Positions 51,266 through 62,176 of a stretch of DNA of 64,000 nt are shown here, one piece after another. The DNA comes from Hydrolagus affinis (Eukaryota), in assembly GCA_012026655.1 (NCBI GenBank), contig JAAILG010000132.1:1-64000 (forward strand), read 5' to 3'. Under the pieces are notes generated by a model, which saw only the letters and a list, made by a program, of their open reading frames with translations, searched no databases and was not told where the DNA came from. The first letter of the stretch is position 1. Each line of letters begins with the position of its first letter. The position numbers and the translations under genes are program-made.

Positions 51266-52386
51266 AATTACTCTTACAATACTGTGATACTGTACTATAA
51301 AAAGGAGAAACTAACCTAATGCAGAAGTTAGTCCTCCACACTGTTTTATGGTGCTGTTATTTTTGCTATTTTCATCTTAGTTGTTCCAACTCTATAGTGC
51401 ACCATCTCCTAGACACAGTCATTTCTGCTCTTCAAAATTTGCTAATAAAGAGAGCATTCGAGAATTATACTTCATAATAAAGTTTAAAATTAAAATAGTA
51501 GCAATTCAAAACCTGAAAAAATAAAATTTAATATCTGGCTATTGTACTTACTGTTGGAATTGATTTCAGTTTTCAGTAGTATGACACCAATCACCCTTTC
51601 AGATACAATGGCACATAATTCACAGCTCCCTCCCTCATTTCACATCTTTACAATTGTAAATCATCTCATTTGCATGCTGCTGTACTTTTCTGTTTAAAAA
51701 TGAATCTTGTTACACATTAGATGATAACATTATTTGAGGTATTGGGGTCTATCGTCTCTGCCCTCCCCTACACCCGCACCTCCCCAACCACTCATTTCTT
51801 GTTTCCAGGCATTTTCTTCTCCCCACCAGGCCTCTTTAGAAACTGTCAAACTCAAGAGCCTACCTATTCCCATCTAAACCTATAATGAGGTGTATGAGAG
51901 CAGCCTGGGTTGAGTCACCTTCTGATTTCTCCTCCCTTCTTGTGGGAAAATAACCTAGATGTTTCATCTGCCACCGCAAATTCGCCCTGTGGGCAAACTT
52001 GTATTTATACAATTCTGGCCAGTGAGCCTTTTGGTGCACTATTTTACCTTGAGGCATTGTGACTTCAGAAAGTTTATTTCTTATGTAAGATCACTGACTT
52101 ACACCTTTGCATGTCATCGAATTCGTATACTAAAAGTTTGTGGTGCGTTTTGGCTGATCAGACAAAAATATAAAGGCGAGCCTTTCTAAAATTCATTGTG
52201 TCATTTAAACTGGAGACTTTGTGGGTACAAGACCATTGCGACTTGCAATGCCAGTGCTACACTGTTAAAATGAATGAAAGTAGAATGCTTTTTTTGTCAG
52301 CATTAAACTATCATAATCTATACATTTTTCCAAACAAGAACCAAAGTTTTTGGCTTTTCTGATTAGTGCTTCACCCAAGATAGCTA

Positions 52387-52442
52387 CAATAACAACAAAA
52401 TTACATTTATAGAATGCCTTTCACGTCGGGAGGATGTCCCAA
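52387..52442 (-). mobile_element. L2 LINE 3' tail
   Basis: aacaacaaaattacatttatagaatgcctttcacgtcgggaggatgtcccaa. Confidence 0.85.
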
Positions 52443-53096
52443 TTGTGCTAATTGTGAAAAAAGGACAGAGTAATCTTTAATGGGAATGGTAGCATTATCC
52501 CCGGGACTGCAGTAAATCACTTTGCCTTGATTTATTCACATTTCTCTGCCAAGTTTGGCTCAATACATCAGAAGTTATTGTCAAAGATAGTATTGATTAT
52601 TTGCTGTGAATTGCATTTGCATAGCACAGACCAGCTGAATCTACTGTGAGATGTGATATTGCAAAAGCAACCATTCTCTGTCATTTATTTGTGTCTAAGA
52701 TACTAACAATGAACAAGATCTTTGGGAGGAGGGGGTTGGGGCAGAGTATTAAATTACAACCTGAAAGAGAAGTTGTTGTGATTGGGCTGACATTTAAACT
52801 GCTTTCATTTTCAGATACTGTGTCAGATTAAGTATCTGCAGTTGATCTGAAGAGAAACAAAAAACATCACATGCATTTTTTGCTCAAATTTTACCACCAA
52901 CAAAGCTACAATTTCAGCACGAACCACACATATCTGTTGTTCAGCAAACAAAATAGAATTCCTTCTATCGCTCATTATTTTCTGTTGAAATATACAATGA
53001 CAAATATGTGACTAAATTTTGCTTATAAGGGGAGGGGAAGAGGATACTAAAACTAAAAAGTTTATTACTTTTTAGCCATACTATGATTAATTATAT

Positions 53097-53190
53097 TATA
53101 GTCGATTCACTTTACAGTATATTCTGTGAAGCACATTGAGACATCTACAAGATGTGAAAAGCGTATATCAACTGCAAGGTTTATTATAAT
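53097..53190 (+). mobile_element. SINE 3' tail (8733 family)
   Basis: attcactttacagtatattctgtgaagcacattgagacatct...tgcaagg. Confidence 0.8.
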
Positions 53191-53344
53191 TATAAAGATA
53201 AAAATAACCTATTTTTGGTGATAGTGGGTGTAGAATTTAACTGAAAATGTCTTGTCTTTCACATTAATGAACTGTTTTTATTGATGTGGAAAATGCTGAA
53301 CTTGTTCCAAAGTCTTTCTCTAAATCGATGACACAATTGTTTAC

Positions 53345-53585
53345 AGTGCTGACAAATCTAAAGACCACTGGAAGGATGTGGGTGAATGTGAACTGCCTGA
53401 CACTAAATACAGATAAAATGAAATCATTACTAATCGGGTCCAATCAGCTGTGTGCCAGGGTTGATTCATTCCTTGTAAGTGGAAATGGTGGATTCAATCA
53501 AATATCAAGGGTTACGTTTAGCTTTTCTTTAAAATCACAAATATCCACATTACCCAGCACAATTGTTTCACTTCAAGTATATTAG
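53345..53585 (+). mobile_element. L2 reverse-transcriptase fragment, decayed
   Basis: WVNVNCLTLNTDKMKSLLIGS resembles the L2 motif WM..NFL.LN.DKTE.LLIG. Confidence 0.6.
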
Positions 53586-54720
53586 CGATTGGCACAAACA
53601 AAAGGCAGCTAACTTATGTTCAAATGCACCTCACCCATTCAGCCTGATCTGTCAGCAATCTGAACTGTGAGCGGCAACATGTTAACCCCGATAAACGCAC
53701 AACTAGTTTACCAAGAACGCTTCTGTGTTGGTCAGGGACACATGTGATATTTGAATAAAGATGGGAGTTTGGACTCTGATTCTGATTTTTTTTTTAAATT
53801 GTGTAGATCATATTTATATTTGGATCAGGTAAATAGATGAGTTAACAATGCCGAGAACACAACCAGTAGCATAATAATGTACAGGTCAGCAATGCTGTCC
53901 CCAACGTGCCAAGCAACCTCAGTTTGCGCCCTCCCCCCACACTCTGACAGCTGCCTGTCACTCTGCACTGAAGTGGTACCCTAGGCACCTGGTTAGCACT
54001 GGCTTATGAGCTTGTTTCACCTTATGTGAATTCCATACTTGAAATGGCCCCAAATGGACTAGTTAAGACTCACTGAGTAACTGAATGTACTCTCATGTGG
54101 ACACAAGTTTGTTAAACATACAGAAATGTGGGCCCATGTACAAAGGATAGAATCTGTCTCTCGCATTCGCACTGCAATTCTCCTCATCTCCAGTGTATTT
54201 TCCCTTGGCTCATAGAGAATGCCGGATAATTATTGATCATTCCATAAAATCATACCAGAAATAAATATTCTCGCCAACATGCCCAGTGGGAGCCATCTGG
54301 TGTTAATTGCAACAAAAAAAAAATTCCATCACTTTCTACATTTTGTCAAATGTTTGCTTGATAGTTTATTGAAGAAAGCAGTGTGGCATCAAGTATTTGT
54401 TTGTTTTTATCCACAAATAGGGAGAATTGAGGTGCTGATGGGTCTGTCTGATCCCTGTCACTACCGACCAGGAGTTCAGCTTTCCATTCAGGAATTTTCC
54501 ATTTTATTTCCTGGAGTATTTTGGAATGGAAGAGAAAATGTGTTATGTGAAAATGATTACAGGTGATAATTATCACATCGCCTGCTTAATTCTTTTCCTC
54601 AAGAGAGTGCACTTGGCAAGCATAGGCCCATACAGTCCCTAGCAGTGTAGACGGGAGTAGTTAATGTCGGCCTATGATGGATACAAATGTCACAACTCCG
54701 CAAAATTTACTACTGTCAGC

Positions 54721-54835
54721 TAGGGTCCGTCGATATGGAAATTTTCCGATTTAGATATATCGATGGGCTCATATCGAGATATACTGAAATATCGATATTT
54801 CCGGGTTTTTCGTACTGCGCATGCGCACACGCATT
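54721..54835. mobile_element. Probable end of a non-autonomous DNA transposon (hAT-like TAGGG terminus)
   Basis: tagggtccgtcgatat followed by CpG-rich atcgat/cgatat subterminal repeats and the palindrome tgcgcatgcgca; matching second end not found. Confidence 0.4.
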
Positions 54836-57517
54836 CAGGGCCTATCTCCTCAGGAGGTAAATATCTTTTTCTCTCTGTGTCTCTCACTCTCTCCATCTCC
54901 GTGTTTTTCTGTCTGTGTCTCTCTCACATCCCCCCCCATCTCTATCTATCTGTATATTATCACATATTATCCACGTATGTATGCCACCGATGCATAGAAA
55001 TTTCAATTTTTCTGGATCGAATGCACACTCTCTCCTGGAGGGTTGCATCTACTTATTACTTAACTAATTCCCCCCAAAATTATTCGTGCAAGTTGGCATA
55101 GATCAAAGCTTGAAGACCCTAGATTGTAGATTGGAACATTTTCATTTTAGATTTTCCTGGAATCACATGGAGACACAAGTGCAACCTCTTTGGTAGGAAA
55201 ATAGTGCCAAGTTTTTAGTAATTTGTTGTCCTTTTTTCTACATCTGGCAGAACACATGAATAAGGAAGTCACACAAGATAGTTTGTCTTAGAAACAGGTG
55301 CAGGGTTTATAACTGGCTCACCGGGACATCTGGAAAAATCTCGAATTTTTTTTCCAACTGACGCAAATTTTCTCTGCGTTTGTGGTTAAAGGGCTACCTG
55401 CCGAACAATTTAAGGGTCCAGTGCTGAACAAATTTCTCAGGCCCCCGATCAGGAACAAGCGTGTTTCTGAATAGAAACATCTTGTGGCATTATCAAAAGA
55501 GTAAAACAAAGGGTAATAATCTGACATCTAAATATACATTGTTCATATGAATTTTTAAAGCACTACATCAGCATACAAATTACCAGAATAATTATTATAT
55601 TACAGCAGCATTTTTTCCACAGTAATTAATACACTGGACCAGCTGATGTGCTAAATATCATGAGGTCACTAAATTGGCTATTAGTATTAATTGACACAGA
55701 GGTATTAATTAATGTAACATAACACTGAAAATTTAGCCCATTATTCCTACTGAGACTGAGAATAAATGAGAAATCTGTGGCAGTATCATATGGCTGTTTC
55801 ACATGCTGAAAGCTGTGGAACATTTATAGTTCTCAACTCTTTCTACTTTCATTATAGTTGCTTGAGTACTTGTCAGCGGTGGATGTAGTTCACTAAAGTG
55901 GCTATTTCCTTATAAACCAGTGAGTCCAGTTACAATGTTTGTTCGGGTATTAAGGAAGAGTTGTCATTTGTACTCTGCCTCTAATTACCTAATTTGTTGT
56001 ATAAATTGTAGCTTTTCCCCTTTTCATGTTGATGACAGAATCATTTAAAGAGGGTTTGAAGAGCACAAACTGAAAAGGAAAAGATTGATTCCATATTCTG
56101 CCCCGTTAGTTGAGTTTTCTTAATAGTCCCCAGAGTGAAAGCAAAGCAAGTTCATTGCAGGTTTCCGCAAAAGTTATTTTTTACCATCTGCTTGTATGAG
56201 GATGTCATTGTGTACGTTAGAACAGAACAATCCTAGCACCCATCAGGGCTGCTCTCTTTAGCCACTTCCCTCTACTCGAAGCCAATCATAATATGTCAGG
56301 AACTCTGGACATTTCCTATTCCAACACCCCTAATAATTCTTTTCCTCGGCTGTCTGTGACTGTTTTCTTTAGGAAGTGAACAATGAGTGGGTCGAGGCTG
56401 GCCTGGAATCTGCCCTGTTTATGAGAATGAAAGGCTGCTCCCAATACACCTTTGCAACACTGACATGTGGAGGTTACGTCCGCTAAATCACAGATTTGTG
56501 ACCCAGCCATGGGACACGACAACATAACCCTTATTGTCCTGCCTCCTTGCCCATTTGGACCCCTCGACTTACCTTGTTGATTTATTCTTAGCAGAAGCTA
56601 CGCGGTTTCACTACATGTTTTGATTTCAGTAATTAACTGTGAACAAGGGAAAATGTAAAGCCCCCATCACAAAACAACTCTTATCCTCTGGGTGTTGTGC
56701 GATAAGAATTGTTTTGATTTTTCGAAGTACTAGGCGTTTGCTAAGAATGTACTTATTGCAGCACAGGCTGCTGACAGCTGTATGAAACTAGAGCATAAAA
56801 GCTCGCTTATGTCTTTAATGACCCACATAATGATGGAGCAAGTAAGTTATTCACAGTAACATACCATGGAATAATCTGAATACCCTAATGTATGGTGCCG
56901 GTAGATTAAGAAACATCTGTTCTTACCTTGAAAATAATGTGTTCTTAGGAGCTGTGTTCAGTAATACTTATGTAGTTTAGAAGTTTTAATCCAGTGAAGA
57001 GGAACAATACGGTGAATTTGTTTTTCAAAATTGAAAAAAATGTATCTTAACTTGTGATAAACAACTGGAGTAAAACAGTTCAAAGTTAAATATTATTTTA
57101 GGGCAAAGATATATTGCTTGCCATTTTTTAAATGAATAATTATATGGCAATCTCTATCCAAGTGTTGATTCTACACACAACAATTATTTTAAAAAACAAA
57201 GCCGTCCAGTTATTGTTATCTTACAGTGAGTTACTAATTTGGTGGGCAATTTGTGTTGTAGACATGTTCTAATTAACATTGAACTGGATGGTGAGAAAGG
57301 CTTAAAATTTCAAGCACCCGGAGAGACCTCAGTGAATTTTCTGTGCGTATTTTTTTATATAAATGTATGGATTTTCTTTGTTCCATTTTTAGAGTGGTAC
57401 AGTGGGTACGTACCAATTAAGGAATCAGGTCACATCGATACCCTGGAACAGTGTTGAGATAGGGGTATGTGTGAAAAGAAAGTTGAGAATGGTAAATGCA
57501 AAGAGAGGGAGAGTCAG

Positions 57518-57539
57518 GAGAGAGAGAGAGAGAGAGAGA
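57518..57539. repeat. (GA)n microsatellite
   Basis: About 11 units. Confidence 0.9.
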
Positions 57540-57842
57540 AAGAAAGAACCAAGGGGAATATCTGGCGATAAGATCGAGAACTGCAAATCTTTAGAGGGAT
57601 TAAAACTAGCAAACATCTAAAGTAGATTTTATGGCCTTTTCCTTCCCTTCACAGATCGGTAAGACAGAGTGGAATTTTTTTTCTCAAGCAGAGGATTATC
57701 AGAATATTAAATACTTTGCCACCAGTGACAATTAACTGAGATCATAACACTCGAAAAAGGATAGCTAATAGATAAGAAAAACTAAATGTTGAACAATAAC
57801 AACAGCAAAGATTATGGGGAAAAATAAATTGGGATTAAAGTA

Positions 57843-58242
57843 CAGTAAAAACTTGTTTATCTGATACCCAACCAACCGGCATGCTCAATCAACCAGTATC
57901 TCCCAATACAATTCACCATTCCAGCAACCGGATCTCATACTGTAGCCATCCGGAACATTTGAGGTATGCTTACTTTGCGCACGCATGTGCACTTATTAAA
58001 TTTACCGAACGCTGGAATGCTTTTTCACCAATCATTTTACCGAGTGTGCTGGAATGTTTTATTGGTAAGTATCCATACAATATTCTGTTATTATTTAGTC
58101 TATTATTACTCATATGGTATGTTTTAAAATAAGTTAATTTTCTGGGTAGGATTTTCAGCAACTTGCCGCTTCAAAATCCGGCATATTTGATTAATCGGCA
58201 CCGGCCAGGTCTCGAGGGTGCCGGATAACAAAGGTAGATAGT
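57843..58242. mobile_element. Tigger/pogo-like MITE
   Basis: TA-cagtaaaaacttgtttatctgataccc at the left and gggtgccggataacaaaggt at 58216-58235 form imperfect TIRs; internal repeated ccgg motifs. Confidence 0.7.
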
Positions 58243-58472
58243 TTAAGCAAAATGTTAGCTTATGTCTAAGAACTAGCTTATGCTCAGTGAGAACTGTTGG
58301 CCCAGGAGAATGTTATTCCAGAGGAGAACTAGTTGCTCTCTTGATGAGTATCCAGTAATCCATTATTCTGCTGTGTGACATGAAAAGTGCTGTATAAAAT
58401 GGAAGTACCTTGTCATTGTAGAAACTGGTGGGAACTGCACAATTGAGGAGAGGTTCAGGCTTGGCAATGATT

Positions 58473-58778
58473 GTGGAGTCCTGTAGCTCCTTGATTAGAG
58501 CACTCTCCATGCTAGTGAGAAACCTTGGTTTGATTGCCGATAGGGCAAAACCTTGGGCAAGTTTCCTTACTCCACAATTCTGATAATTATCCCTCAAGAA
58601 AAAAAATTGTTCACTAAAATCCAAGACTGTTTTTTGGGACATTGCTGTGTGCAATTGGTTGCTGTGATTCTCCCACAATTATAGTCAATTCACTTTACAG
58701 CATATTATGTGAAGTGCTTTGAGATGTCTGGAATATGTGAAAAAGTGCTATATCAAATGCAAGGATTATTATTATAAT
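58473..58778 (+). mobile_element. Full-length tRNA-derived SINE (8733 family)
   Basis: gtggagtcctgtagctc...agggcaaaaccttgggcaagtttccttactccaca...aaatgcaaggattattatt, colinear with 8733-9043. Confidence 0.9.
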
Positions 58779-58830
58779 CTCCTTTGTCAAATAGCCTGAC
58801 AACTTGAAGTTTAAACATGAAGAATGGCCT

Positions 58831-59053
58831 AAAACGCAAAATACAGCAGATGCTGGAAATCTGAAACAAAACAGAATACACTGGGAACACTCAGCAGGTC
58901 AAGCAGCATCCATGGAGAAAGGAAAAGTGAGTCAATGGTTCGGGTCCATGACCCTAATTCTGACGAAGGGTTGTGGACGCAAAACGTTGACCCACTTTTC
59001 CTTTATCCATGGATGCTGCTTGACCTGCTGAATGTTCCCAGCCATTTTTGTTT
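58831..59053. mobile_element. Penelope-like inverted terminal repeat with decayed hammerhead ribozyme core
   Basis: 75-bp arms at 58881-58955 and 58967-59041 (9 mismatches by eye), 11-nt spacer; CTGACGA at 58960-58966 followed by a stem and an (G)AAACGTT-like motif. Confidence 0.7.
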
Positions 59054-60880
59054 GATGAAGAATGTCCTGGATGATTTTCCTGGAAGACTGAAGAAATATA
59101 TCCCAAGTCAGTCACAATGATACCTTTCAGCCAAACAATAGCCATGTTAACCTGGGAAGACCTGGAATGAGGTGAGATAGGTACAGTAATTAGTTTCTAA
59201 CTATGTTTCCCTCAGTCTTTAAGGACTTGATCAAAGCAGTGGCAAAAAAAACCCATAGGAGGTATTTACCTGCTTTGCATGTGCATTACTATTTCTTGTA
59301 CTATGTGGTCAGTTACATTTAACAGCTATCCATGAAACAGCCTGCGATTGAAATGCACATTGGAATCATTGCTGTTCAGTCAAAGCAGGCATCACATTTT
59401 AAACCTCAAGCTACCACATAAACAGAAGTAAATTTGAATCCTATTTTAACATCCACACTTCCCATTGCACAAGCGTCCCATTTTGTACATTATTCTCCAA
59501 AGGAGTTAAACATGCTTTAGAGCCCACTTTTAAATGAAGCCTTCCTCAGAGCACTGCCTGGCACTGACTTACACCTTGAGCAGAAGCATTGCAGATGCTT
59601 GAGCAAAACAAGGCAATATTTTTCAGACACATTTCTCAAAATATTCAAAGTAAGATTGCGTGCACTCTTCTCTTTAAGCTTTAACTGCTTAAAGCCTTAT
59701 GCGCCAAATGCAACAAATATAGAGGAATTATTGTTGAATTGAAGGCATATTCTAAGGTCAAAGCAGATCTCATTTTACACTGCGAAATTTGGATTGTAAA
59801 AATTACCTTTGTGGATCTTGACATTTTTTTTTAAACAAAAAGCTACCACAGATTTTAGCACATCAGTGGTTGAACGTCAGTAATGCCTTGTTAGGCTGAG
59901 ACTCCCAACCTTTCATTATTCGATATCAGAGCCGCTGCTGTGAAGTCGGGAGGATTAGAGACAGCGATGGAATAATAACAAGTGTTTAAACAAACAATTA
60001 TATAGGTTCATGACTAAATGCTAATGGCGCTCTCCAAGGTGTACATTTCTCAGTGACCCCGTTTAGACTTGTACCTGGAGGACTTGTGCCAGGCTCACTA
60101 TAGGTGCTCTCTGGGTCCTGCTCTGTTTACAATGCTGCCGACCTCAGACTTGTGAAATCTAGCCGCGCACACATACGGATGCCAATGTAGTGACATCATC
60201 TGTTGTTGCCTGGAGACAAAAAAAACCTGACACACCAAGAATGAGTTTAAAGGAGAGTAAATTGTCTGAAAGCAGGTTTAGTACCCGGATCTGCCTAATT
60301 GCTTTGCGGTACAATTGTCCATTTGCGCTTTTGTCTGATCGTATTCAAGTTGAGCTTAAAATAATGAATCAGCTCAAAAAGACGCGATCGACGACGTAAA
60401 GGTATTGTTACATCATCAAGTTGCTATTGTTATAATGAGCCTTGCAAATCTTGCAGCACCAGTACAGGGCAAGCTTGTTATAAAGTGGTATTCTGGGTTT
60501 CATTTCTCCTAGCACGTGTTATGAGCTGAGAGCAAATAAAGGACAAAACCCTACCCCTAACCGTCATGTAGGTTGTTGTATTCCTGTGTATATCCTACGC
60601 GTTGCAAGCAGGCAAAGGAAGTGCTGCTGATATAATTTCCTTCACATGTGCGCATTTGTACAGGAAGTGATATCAGCAGCAACCTTCTCAAATAAAACAA
60701 TCTGCAAATACATTTTCCTGCATGACAGGTTTACTGTACAGTATCAGGAAAACTCAATGGTGTAAACCCAACATAGATTTTAGCAAAACTGACATGGGGA
60801 CAGATCAAGCTCATAATAAATATATTTCTATTTTATTACCCAAGTACAGTAGCAACAATACAACATGAGCAGATAAACCC

Positions 60881-61050
60881 TGCATTTTATAAAGTGCCAT
60901 ATTACATTGTCAAAACCTCTCAAAGTACTTAACTAGATTTTACTGCACAATGCAGCAGCCAATTTGCACACAGCAATGTCCCAAACCAGCGAGGAGGGGA
61001 AAGACCAATTTTTATTTGGGGTATTGTTAGCCAGGATGCTCAGATGAACA
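60881..61050 (-). mobile_element. Old SINE 3' half (SacSINE1-like)
   Basis: tgcattttataaagtgcc...gcagcagccaatttgcacacagcaatgtcccaaac. Confidence 0.65.
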
Positions 61051-61429
61051 CATGGAGATGGAGGAAGTCCTATCCAGCACAAAACAAAGCACAAATGAAG
61101 AAATCTCAGTTGTTGGTAAACATTTTCAGGGGGTGTCAAGAGTGATATGAAGCAGGAGACTACTATAATGTCTATTTGTCTACCTCCATTAGTTGCACCA
61201 CTGAAAGTGCACCAATAACATAGGGAAATTTAACAACCAAGGACATTATCCTAATTAGCAATCCAGACTCTGGATAATCGTCTTTGTAAGATAATGTCTT
61301 TGGTTGTGAATAAAAACAATCAATTGGGGCAACTTTCAGGCCCTGTTGCCCACACCCTCTAGAACTGGCTTGTGTGAAATGCATCTGCCTCACCCTGTTT
61401 ACTTTCAAATCCCATAGAAAGATTCTTCT

Positions 61430-61545
61430 CTTTGACTCTGCTTGTCACCTTCTCTGTAGCCCCTATCTACCTCACACTCTGCCTTTATAAAGCACTTCAG
61501 ATATTCCTCCTATGTGAAAGGCACTATATAAGTGTAAATTGTTTT
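61430..61545 (+). mobile_element. L2 3' UTR and tail
   Basis: aaagcacttcagatattcctcctatgtgaaaggcactatataagtgtaaattgtttt. Confidence 0.65.
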
Positions 61546-62080
61546 ACCAAACTATGTTTCGTCAGTGAATGGTCTACAGGTTTTATGCAGGATTGCTAAT
61601 TAAATCACTAAGCTCTTTAGTTGTGCTTTAATTAGCTTTCAGTCTCTTATTCTGCCATAAATCCTTTTGGATCACACACTGTAGCCTTAGCAAGCTTTGG
61701 TAACTTATGTATTAGCTGCTTTATTACTGTACTTTCAAAATATAACCTCTACTGTGCTGATTTTAAGTGCTAAAATCCTATCGTGTTGCAATGCATTATG
61801 GAGGTATTTGGCGTTCCTATAGAACACTGGGAAAAGCAGCAATGAAGTCAGCAAGGCCTGCTGTGGTCGTTTGGGTGGTCTCCTAAAGAGAGTGTGAGAG
61901 AAATGTCAGGATTCCAGTGGCTGTCTCAGATTTATGTTGTTTGGAAGGGGATGATCCCAACATCTGATTATTAATCTAATGGAAAAATGACTAGTCTGGA
62001 AGTGGAAAATCAGTCAAAATGTCCAATGTGTATTGTTAATTGTAGCTTTTACTCCTAATAATAGTGGGGGTTTTTTCCAG

Positions 62081-62176
62081 ATGCCAAACCAAACATCAGG
62101 GATTACTATGGGAAGATGCCACTGCACTACTGGAAAGGGAGTGAAGATTTATTCAAGCCAGCTTCATTGCAGTCAT
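62081..62176 (+). CDS. sowah: Sowah-like gene, 96-nt exon (N)AKPNIRDYYGKMPLHYWKGSEDLFKPASLQS
   Basis: ttttttccAG|ATGCCAAACC...CAGTCAT|GTAAGT; phase 1/1, in frame with the previous exon (A+AT = Asn). NIRDxxG..P.HY continues the SOWAH ankyrin domain. Start and stop codons were not found and probably lie outside the window. Confidence 0.92.

Noticed and set aside
54721-55121. Complete hAT MITE from tagggtc to gacccta
   Set aside because: Only 7 bp of inverted match and no 8-bp target-site duplication (ctgtcagc versus gattgtag).
58804-59145. ORFs on opposite strands sharing WEHSAGQAASM
   Set aside because: Artefact of the inverted repeat, not duplicated genes.
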